A DNA stretch of 64,000 bases from Eledone cirrhosa (Eukaryota). How positions within the stretch are numbered: the first letter of the stretch is position 1; every line of letters begins with the position of its first letter. Made by a program: the position numbers and the translations under genes. The stretch covers positions 141,422,001-141,486,000 of the forward strand of contig OZ024742.1 of NCBI GenBank assembly GCA_964016885.1, in the 5' to 3' direction. Below, piece by piece: positions 54,801-64,000 of the stretch. The notes below the pieces were generated by a model. The model had not been told where the DNA came from and searched no databases. It saw nothing but the letters and a program-made list of their open reading frames with translations.

Positions 54801-57635
54801 TAAACGGGAGCCATCGTCAACAATAGATGGTACTCTCTCAAGAAAGCAATTAGAGTAGAATCAATAGGGTTTAGCAGAGAGTTAGCCTTAGAGAAAAACA
54901 AAATAGAAAGAGAACTAGTAGCCAAGGTAGAGGAGGCACTTAGAAGTGGCAACGCGGCTAGAGTGTTATCGTCGAGAACGGCACTAGACCAGTTTTTCGA
55001 CGCGAAACACGAAGGCTGCGTGGTCAGAAGCAAAACACGTGCTCTAGGAAACGAAGGAGCGAAAGCTGTCAGCTGGGCCCGTGTGGCGGAGGCAAAAAGT
55101 GGCAACAAGTCCACGATTTGGTCCTTAAAAGACCAAAACGAACGCGTGCTACTTGACCCCAAGCGAATGTGCGCGGCCTTTCAACAGCACTTTGCGCGAC
55201 TGTTTGAGCAGAACGACGGTGAGCCGAACGGGGCAATGGACTTTAGTTCATACCTCGACGGCTTGCCGCGTCTCTCGAACACGGACGCCGAGTTCTGCGA
55301 AAGACCGATCACGGACACTGAGATATGGGACGCTCTGGGCCGCTGCGGCAAACGCAAGTCACCCGGTCTAGATGGTCTACCCTATGAGTTTTACATAGGC
55401 ATGCCGGACTTGTTCTCTGGCGTCCTCGAGGCCGTCTACTGCAATTGGCAGCAGAACGGGAGAATTCCAAGTTCTGCAGGCAAGGGCGTAGTAACGCTGA
55501 TCAGGAAAGACGAGAACAAGGGAGATGAAATTAACAACTTCAGGCCCATAACTTTGCTCAACATAGTTAAAGATTTCAGCCAAGATGCTAGCGACGAGGT
55601 TGGCGCTTGTCGTCGAGAATCTGGTAGGGAAAGCGCAAACGTGTGCAATCCCGACCAGGTCCATACACGACAACCTCCATCTCATGCGATACATCATAGA
55701 GAGGGTAAGCAGTAAACCCGGCTTCGGTGGGGCTCTGATCAATTTGGATCAGTCTAAGGCATTCGATAGGGTCGACCATCGATACTTGAAAGCGATTCTC
55801 AAGGCGACCGGTTTTGGTCCCGTTTCCAGAGGCTGGATCGAGGCGATGCACACCAGCATCTGCTCGAGGGTCAAGGTGAACGGCTACCTATCGAAGCCGT
55901 TTGCAATCACACGTTCCATTCGACAGGGATGCCCTCTCTCCTCCAATCTATATGTATTGACTCTAGAGCCACTACTGCGGAAATTGGAGCTGTTGCAGGG
56001 CATCCTTCCAGAACCGGGACTGCGCAAAGCGGTGTCGGCTTATGCCGACGACGTGTCGAGCACCTCGGAAATCGGGGTGATTGGCAACTTACTGAAAGAA
56101 TACGAAACGCTGACGGGAGCAAAACTAAACCCGGACAAGTCTGTCGGTTTGAAACTCGGTACGTGGAGAAGCAAACCGATGACGTCCGACAGCGTCGTTG
56201 GACGATGGACGGACGGACGCGTGAAATTGCTCGGGGTCTGGTTCGGTCCAGACCTCCAGGTGGAGAAAAACTGGAACGAGGTAACGGCGAAGGTGTTTGC
56301 GCTCACCCAGAAGTGGGCAGAGTGCAAACAGCTCTTGAAAGGTCGAGCGGAGGTGGCGAACACTTTCATAACGTCCGTCATCTACTACCGCTTGACTGTC
56401 GTGCCTTGTCCCCGTGAACACCTCGCCAAGATGGAACGCATGCTCTTCCAGTTTCTGTGGAAGAAGCAGGCTCCACTAGTGAGGAGATCCGTCTGCTGTC
56501 AGCACCCTTCCAACGGAGGGCTGGGAATGCCGTGGCTGATGATGCGCAAACAGGCACTGAGGCTGCGGCATCTCCAGGTATTCCTCACCGACCCCCAACC
56601 GGTGTGGGCACCGTTTGTGAGTCAGGCTTTCCCGCAGCTAGTCTCGCTGACGGAGCTGCAGTCCTGGGTCAAGAAAAGACCGAAAACGATGGGCGCCTGG
56701 CACATTGAATGCGCTCAGGCGCTTACAGTCCTCTGGCAAGCGGGCACAGAAATCAGTGGAGACTCCACTTCGACATTCTATAGAGGGATTGTACGTTACA
56801 AGGGCGACGAGTGCTCAGAGAGACTCTGGGCGTCGAAGACGATGAGCTCACCAGTCTGTTTGGTAAGACTTTCCGTCCGGGGCCTATGGACAACTTTCAG
56901 AGGTCCCTGGCCTGGCAGTGCTACCGAGGAGCTCTACCGGTTCGTGACAAGATCTACAGGCACGGACGCCCCGGCAGGGATCCTTCCAAGAGGACGTGTC
57001 CAAGATGCGCACAGGACATTGAAACCGTCCTGCACGCAATTGTACACTGCCCGGGCGTAACCGACCTGTGGAACTATGCAGAACAACTGTTGTCGCGTAT
57101 GGGACAAATCCAGTTGACTGCCGAGTCCATAGTAAGGATCAAACCGCCGGCCTCTTTCAAAAACGAAAGAGAGGCGGTTTTCCTCTGTACAGTGGCTATG
57201 GTGAAAGAGGTTATATGGTGGACAAGATTGAGAGGACTGAGGACAGATGCCTTTCTCTCCGGACAACAATTGATTCCCTTCTTTAAGTATCACTTTAGAA
57301 GGAGAATCAGAGTGGAGAGAGAGGCACTGCACCTCAGTAAATTTACTGAAAGGTGGGTGAATGTGGCAAAAATGGCCCGAGTGATTGGGCCTTCTCTGTT
57401 TATAAGCCTGTAGGTTAAAAAAGAGAACAAAAGGAAGAAAGGAGCACTTGCACAACACGCTCCTGGAGTTGAGGGTTGTTCTATCGACGGAGTATTAAAC
57501 AACCCATCTGTGGCGCTCACCCCCTATTGGGGATTTCGATTGTTGTAATTGTTTGTTTTACATTTTTTACACGACTGTTTGTAAAATCCCCGGTATTGTC
57601 CCCTTTTCTTGTGCGCCCTTGTGGCAAATAAAGAA

Positions 57636-57725
<90 letters not shown>

Positions 57726-57733
57726 TTATCTAT
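51823..57733 (+). mobile_element. Tx1-like LINE copy A2 (full-length, decayed) with (ATCT)n tail
   Basis: 5'UTR, frameshifted ORF1 (about 52122-53951) and ORF2 53993-57413 (APE, RT YADD, CPRC..H..C). AATAAA at 57627; tail at 57636-57733. Confidence 0.96.
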
Positions 57734-57946
57734 ATTCTACGATGGACACATGTGCTGAGCTCGCTCGGTAAGTTTCGTTTAAATTTATCTGGAAATTGTG
57801 AACTGTAAACTTTCATTTTCGTACCATTTTGTAGAGGGACTGCCAGGTCAAATTTTAATCTGTTCAGTCTCTCAAAATATTCTACGCCTTTAGGCGAAAT
57901 AGTGTTGTAAACATTTTATCTTTCGAAAAATCTTATTTTGAGAAAA

Positions 57947-60010
57947 ATGGCTGAAGCATCTTCACCAACAATCAAAGAAAGAAAAGGGACATCATACTCA
58001 CAGCTTCCCCCTGCCACTGTCACAGCAGCAGATGCCAAAGGCAGAGGTCAGCCAGAGGAAGAATTTTCTTCACCTGTTGACCGACAACTTGATGTAGCCA
58101 CAACTATACAAGAAACTGAAAACAACAACAACAACGACAACAACAGCAACAATAAAGACAACAAAAACAACAACACAAACGTCACATATGTAGTAAACAC
58201 TTCCTTTCGTAAAGAAAGGGAATTTCACACAACAAAAAATGAACATAACAGCCCACAACAGACACCAAAAAATACAGAAAATGAAAAAATTGAAAACACA
58301 TCCAACAATACCAATCAAAAGAAAAAAAATGTCAACACAAACACCAAAGAAAATACAAACAACAGTGACAACAACAGCAACATTTCTTTTGCTGATACCG
58401 TTAAAAAAACGGAAATATTTCAACTTTTGGATTTAACCAACGCGAAACAAAAGTTGGAAGATGCTAAACAATATGTGACTTTTGGACCCAATGGGTCATT
58501 TAGCATAAATTCACCACAAGAACTAAGGAGAGAAAATGCCCTGAACACGGTGATTTTCAGGACAATCTCAAATGCATCAAAAAACCCAGCTCAACTATCT
58601 CAGAGTGAGATTGAGCTAGTATTAAGGAACCACATGGATAACATTTTATTTATTCAGAAAGCCAAACTTTTCGGCAGCATCTCGGTGCTAATGAAAAACA
58701 ACATAACAGCACAAAAATATTCCATCGCTCCCATTGTGTCCTCCCATTTTACATTTTTCCCTACATACATGGGAAAAAGAACGCAAAAAATAAAAATTAC
58801 ATGTATAAGACCCAAAGTAGATATTTGGTGGATACTTTATGGCCTAATTGACCTTGAACAAGACACTTTGATCTCAGTAGGAAAATGCTCTAGAGATATA
58901 TTTAGTGGGACTAGCATCGAAATTCTGGTGCAGATGAGCCCAGAACGTATAATGAAAATCCCACAGAGAGTACCTCTGGATGGACAGACCTACATAAACA
59001 TTTCGGTTGAGGGTAGGCGGTCCGCATGTTACCACTGCGCAAGCAGAGGTCACCTAAGGGCTGCCTGTCCTCAATTGACAAAAAAAATCCCACTTTTACC
59101 AACACCACAAATAACAACACAACCACCACCACCACCACGACAACAAGAAAAAACAACAGAGAACAATATTCCACCCAACTCCTCCCCACCCAAAACAAAT
59201 ACAAAAACACACACAGACACTACAGAACCCCAAAACATACCCCTACCCATCAACACGGATGAGGAACCCCTATCGACGGCACCCAGCGGCGATGAGGAGG
59301 AACCCTTCCAACCCGTGAAAAGAATAAAAAGAAAGAACCGCATGAACAAAAACGAAACAAACACACAAACACCAGCACAAACAGCACAAAAATCACAAAC
59401 AAAAGTTCCCCCTCCCGAAAACAAAACACCCACAACAAAGAGAAAACACGTGCAGGAACCACAGACAAAAACAAACACAACACAGGAAAAGTACACATAC
59501 ACTTACATAAACGAAGAAAATAGAACACTGATGGAGACCATCAGAAACAACTCCTTGGTCAAAACCGAAGGGAAAACTTTGGATAGCTCCAACAAAAACA
59601 AAAAAATGAACCTAAAACTGATCAGGGTCCCTATAGGAACTTATAAATCCCTAAAAGAAACATTTGTAGAGGACGTGGGGAATTCCTGCGTGAAACCAAT
59701 CAACCGCGTCCTCTACAAAGGCCTCCCCACCACAGGCACCCCCACCCAAGTCATCCCCACCCCACCAGGCACCCCTTCCCCACCAAACACCTCGGTCCCC
59801 ACCCCGCCAGAAACCACCACCCCACCTAACAACTCATCCCCCACTCAACAACTCATCCCCCACCCTCATGGAAATTGTGCAGCCCGATACCCGGGACGCA
59901 GAGAGGTAAGTGCCTTTTCTCTTCACCACCAACATGGCTATGCTAAGAGTAGGCTGTTTAAATGCGCGTGGCCTGGGCTCAACTTGGAAGCAAGTAATGC
60001 TTCTAAATGA
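57947..60010 (+). CDS. Tx1-like ORF1 nucleic-acid-binding protein with CCHC zinc knuckle (3' end probably frameshifted)
   Basis: Long open frame with CYHCASRGHLRAAC. The core SFADTV..YMGKRT..WWIL..INISVEGR is shared with A0 and A2. The C-terminus seen in the other copies (MEIVQPDTRDAER*, stop 59907-59909) is in a different frame. Confidence 0.8.
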   Translation: MAEASSPTIKERKGTSYSQLPPATVTAADAKGRGQPEEEFSSPVDRQLDVATTIQETENNNNNDNNSNNKDNKNNNTNVTYVVNTSFRKEREFHTTKNEHNSPQQTPKNTENEKIENTSNNTNQKKKNVNTNTKENTNNSDNNSNISFADTVKKTEIFQLLDLTNAKQKLEDAKQYVTFGPNGSFSINSPQELRRENALNTVIFRTISNASKNPAQLSQSEIELVLRNHMDNILFIQKAKLFGSISVLMKNNITAQKYSIAPIVSSHFTFFPTYMGKRTQKIKITCIRPKVDIWWILYGLIDLEQDTLISVGKCSRDIFSGTSIEILVQMSPERIMKIPQRVPLDGQTYINISVEGRRSACYHCASRGHLRAACPQLTKKIPLLPTPQITTQPPPPPRQQEKTTENNIPPNSSPPKTNTKTHTDTTEPQNIPLPINTDEEPLSTAPSGDEEEPFQPVKRIKRKNRMNKNETNTQTPAQTAQKSQTKVPPPENKTPTTKRKHVQEPQTKTNTTQEKYTYTYINEENRTLMETIRNNSLVKTEGKTLDSSNKNKKMNLKLIRVPIGTYKSLKETFVEDVGNSCVKPINRVLYKGLPTTGTPTQVIPTPPGTPSPPNTSVPTPPETTTPPNNSSPTQQLIPHPHGNCAARYPGRREVSAFSLHHQHGYAKSRLFKCAWPGLNLEASNASK

Positions 60011-63000
60011 CCTCAGGTCACAACGTATAGATGTGATGGTTATTTGCGAGGCCCGGATCAGCAACGTGCGACAGCTGGCCCCCACCTTTGATGACTTTGA
60101 GATGCACACATCTCTCTGTCAGCCCGGAGGTGGGGGTGGGGTTGTCATTGTGCTGCAAAAACATCTGGGTCTCGCAACACAGATGGTACATTTGGACCCG
60201 GAGGGTCGACTAGTGGTTCTGGACCTTGGCAGTGGTGAAGGCGGAGCGTTTAGGTTGGTAGCCGCCTACGGCCCTTTCGGGTCAATGCGGCCGGGCTTCT
60301 TCCATCGTCTGGAGACTTTTCTGGGGACGTCCCGCTCCTTGCTATTAGTGGGGGACTGTAATGGTATCCTAGATGCACGCTGGGACTACGTAGGGGCCTG
60401 TCCCGATAGAGAGGGGTGCAATAGCCTCAAAGGGTTAATCGGTCGATTTGACCTGGCCGATAGATATCGACTAGATTTTCCGACTGCGCCATCCTGGACT
60501 TGGGCAAATCGTAGCGGATCATCTAGGTCATACCTAGATAGGTTCTTAGTTAGAATTAAGGATAAGGACTTTTTAAGTTGTCCAAAAATGCGCATGGTTG
60601 GCTATTCAGACCACAAGTTAGTGACCTGCATGGTCAACCTTGACAGAACTCATAGACAGGGACCCGGCTACTGGAAGCTCAACTTGTCCTTACCGGCAAG
60701 TAAGGCTTACAGGGACCGGATTAGCACTTTAGTTAAGGAGCGGTTGACGGGCGCCATCGTCAACAGCAGGTGGTGGGGATCTCTCAAAAGAGAGATTAGA
60801 GTAGTCTCTATAGAATTTAGTAAGGAGTTAGCCTCTAATAGAAACAAGAAGGAAAGGGAGTTGGTAGATAGTGTAGAAGAGGCAATTAGAAGCGGCGACG
60901 TGGCCAGAGTGCTAGCGTCGAGAACGGCCCTGGGCCAGTTCTTCGACGCGAAACACGAAGGCTGCATCGTCCGAAGCAAAATACGTGCTCTGGGAAACGA
61001 GGGGACCAAAGCTGTTAGCTGAGCTCGCGTGACAGAAGCCAAAAGAGAGAGCAGATCCACTATCAGGTCTTTGCGAGACCAGGATGGACGGGTGATCCTT
61101 GAGCCTAAGCAGATGTGCGAGGCTTTTCAAAAGCACTTTTCCGGATTGTTCGGAGGGGGCGGGGGGCCGGTTGGGGATGTGGACTTCGGTCCATACCTCG
61201 ACGGCCTGCCGCGTCTCTCGGACAGGGAGGCGAAGTCCTGCTAGGAGCCGATTTCAGCCGCTGAGATAAAGGACGTGCTGAGCCAATGCGGCAAACGCAA
61301 ATCCCCGGGTCTCGATGGTCTTCCATACGAACTATATCTAGCTATGCCGGACTTGTTCCCCGATCTCCTCGAGGCGGTCTACTGCAACTGGCAACAGAAC
61401 GGGAGAATTCCCTGTGCTGTGACCAAGGGCGTAGTCACGCTAGTGAGGAAGGACGAGAACAAGGGGGACGATATAAATAATTTCAGGCCCATAACTCTGC
61501 TAAATACAGAGTTACAGATTTTGGCCAAGGTGCTAGCAAAGAGGTTGGCGCTTGTCGTGGGCAACCTGGTGGGAGATGCGCAGACATGTGCTATCCCGTC
61601 CAGGTCCATCCACGACAACCTCCACCTCATGCGATACATCATAGAGAGGGTTGGGAACGAACCCGGCTTTGGTGGGGCCCTGATCAACTTGGATCAATCT
61701 AAGGCATTCGATAGGGTCGACCATGGTTACCTGGATGCGGTGCTAGCGGCGGCAGGCTTCGGACCAGTTTTCAGGGGCTGGATCAATGCCATGCACAGCA
61801 GCCGCATCTGCTCTAGGGTCAAGGTGAACGGCTACCTCTCGGAGCCATTCGAAATCGCGCGGTCCATCCGACAGGGGTGCCCTCTCTCCTCCCTTCTGTA
61901 TGTAGTGACTCTAGAGCCACTGCTGCGGAAGTTGGAGTTGTTGCAGGGCATCCCGTTGGAACCGGGATTGCGGAAAGCGGTGTCAGCCTACGCCGATGAC
62001 GTAACAGTAATGGTGTCGACGGCCTCGGAAATCGGGGCGATCGGCACCTTACTGGAGGAGTACGAAAGGTTTACAGTGGCTAAGCTGAACCGGGACAAAT
62101 CGATCGGTCTGCAACTCGGCACGTGGAGGGGCAGATCGATGCCCTGCGATGGCGTCGTCGGGCGCTGGACGGAGGGCCCGGTGAAGTTGCTCGGGGTCTG
62201 GTTCGGACCAGACCTCCAGGTGGAGAAGAACTGGGGTGAGGTAACGAACAGGGTGTTTGCACTGACCCAGAAGTGGGCCGAGTGCACACTGTCCCTGAAA
62301 GGTCGGGCGGAGGTGGCGAACACTTATATAGCGTCCGTCATCTACTACCGCCTGACCGCTGTGCCTTGCCCAAGGGAAATGCTCGCCAAAATGGAGCGCG
62401 CACTCTTCCAATTCCTTTGGAAGAAGCGGGCTCCTATGGTGAGGAGATCCATCTGCTGTCAACACCCTTCGAAAGGAGGGCTGGGGATGCCGTGGCTAAT
62501 GATACGTAAACACGCATTAAGGCTACGGCACCTTCAGGTATTCCTCTCCGGTCAACCGGTGTGGGCCTCGTTTGTGAGGCGAGCCTTTCCCCGACTCGTC
62601 TCACTCACCGAGCTGCAATCCTGGGTCAAGCAAAGACCGAGAAAACTGGGCGCCTGGCACACCGAGTGTGCCCAGGCGCTCACGGCTCTCTGGCAGGCGG
62701 ACCCGGCTGTCAGTGGAGAATCCACCTCGTCATTCTATAGAGGGCTGGTGGTTAGCAGGTGCGACGACGCCCTCGGAGAAGCCCTAGGCATGGAGGAAGA
62801 CGAACTGGCCAACCTGTTCGGTAGGACATTCCGCCCGGGACCCATGGACAACTTCCAGAGGTCCCTGGCCTGGCAATGCTACAGAAGGGCTCTGCCCGTT
62901 CCAGAAAGGCTCTACAGACACGGGCGCCCGGGTAGCGACCCCTCGAAAAAGATCTGTCCCAGATGCGTGTGCGACGAGGAAACCGTTGCACACGCATTGG

Positions 63001-63371
63001 TACACTGCTCGGGCATTGCCAATCTGTGGGGCTATGTCGAACAACTGCTGTCAAGGGTGGGACCGATCCGGTTGACCACCGAGTCTATTGTAACGATCAA
63101 GCCGCCTCCCCTCTTCAAAAACGAAGAAGAGGCGGTGTTTCTGTGCGTAATAGCCATGGCGAAAGAGGTTGTATGGTGGACGCGTCTGAAAGGACTGAGG
63201 TCAGACACCTTTCTCTCTGGCCAACAACTGGTCCGTTTCTTCCGATATCATTTCGGAAGAAGGATCAGGATGGAGAGAGAGGTGCTGCACCCCAGCCGTT
63301 TCTATGAAAGATGGGTGAAAGTGGCGAGAATGGCCCGTGTGAATGGGCCTTCACTCTACATCAGACTATAG
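59934..63371 (+). pseudogene. Tx1-like ORF2 (APE endonuclease, reverse transcriptase, CCHC), ~1145 codons with two in-frame stops
   Basis: A single frame is interrupted only by TGA at 61020 and TAG at 61242. Motifs: LNARGL, ICEAR, DPEGR, GDCN, YLDRF, YSDH, KSPGLDG, FRPITLLN, KAFDRV, RQGCPLS, YADD, CPRC..ETVAHALVHC. Confidence 0.93.
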
Positions 63372-63651
63372 GTGAGGAAGATGAAAGACCAAGGGAGCAC
63401 CCCTTCTCTGTGCTCCTGAGGAAAAGGGTTGCACACTTTTTTTCGGGGGTGTGTGCGACCCCCCAAGGCGCCTCCTCTCTATTGAGGACTTTGTTATAAA
63501 TTTCATTTTTTGTTATATTTTATTTTATTTTTATATATTGTTATTGCCTCCTCCTTATTGAGGACGCCTTGTTTTGTAAACTCCCCCCCATTGTACTTGT
63601 CCCACTTTTGATGCCCTGGTGGCAAATAAAAGAAACATATCTATTTATTTA

Positions 63652-64000
63652 CCCACATTTAAAACTAATAAAAATCCCAATGAACCTCTACCAAAAACTA
63701 AAAAAGGATTTTAAGGAGGACGTAGGACCACCCTCTGTCAAACCCATAAACCGCGTCCTACTAAAAAGCTTTCCCCCTCCCCTTCCCCTCCCCAACACAA
63801 CTCCAAACACCCCAACCCCACCACACACCGACGACCCCACACCACCACAAGACACCCCTTCACCCAACACCCCCGACCCCATGGAAGTCGTGCAACCCGA
63901 ACCCCGGGAAGCGGAAAGGTAGGTCTCTACACTCTCCTTTGGCTCTGCCGCCCACATGGATGTGTTAAGAGTAGGATGTTTGAATGCACGTGGCCTGGGC
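63652..64000 (+). mobile_element. Tx1-like LINE copy A4 (5'-truncated in ORF1; continues beyond the window)
   Basis: PHLKLIKIP..VKPINRVLLK..MEVVQPEPREAER* followed by the ORF2 start MDVLRVGCLNARGLG at 63956. Confidence 0.92.

Larger units (their letters stand above)
57734..63651 (+). mobile_element. Tx1-like LINE copy A3 (full-length, least decayed)
   Basis: 5'UTR, ORF1, ORF2, AATAAA at 63625, and a short tail ATATCTATTTATTT. Confidence 0.97.

Noticed and set aside
55377-63054. Many antisense and alternate-frame ORFs over Tx1 ORF2
   Set aside because: They are shadows of GC-rich coding sequence, recur only because the copies are homologous, and have no independent motifs.

Overview
AT-rich eukaryotic (animal) intergenic or intronic DNA made almost entirely of repeats. 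The SINE families and the TA/CA microsatellite load resemble an octopus/cephalopod genome (inference). I can support no host protein-coding gene. The dominant feature is a family of Tx1-like (L1-group) non-LTR retrotransposons with ORF1 carrying a CCHC knuckle and ORF2 carrying APE, RT and CCHC. Four diverged copies form a spacer-free head-to-tail array from 50186 to beyond 64000, separated only by (ATCT)n. A fifth copy at 20479-25312 is fused head-to-head with a sister family that has an (ATT)n tail and sits in the (TAA)n tail of an R4/Dong element. These LINEs share splice-site-like motifs: a short 5'UTR intron and a GT donor overlapping the ORF1 stop. The window also holds four Penelope-like elements (C-terminal GIY-YIG, CxCx5C linker) with inverted pseudo-LTRs and hammerhead ribozymes, and a ~500-nt retrozyme-like tandem unit whose hammerhead has a non-canonical CAGAAGA core. 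Other features are a 257-bp palindrome, remnants of CRE, RTE, R4, Merlin, mariner and possibly piggyBac elements, and tandem SINE clusters. All calls were made by eye; boundaries are approximate unless a motif is quoted.
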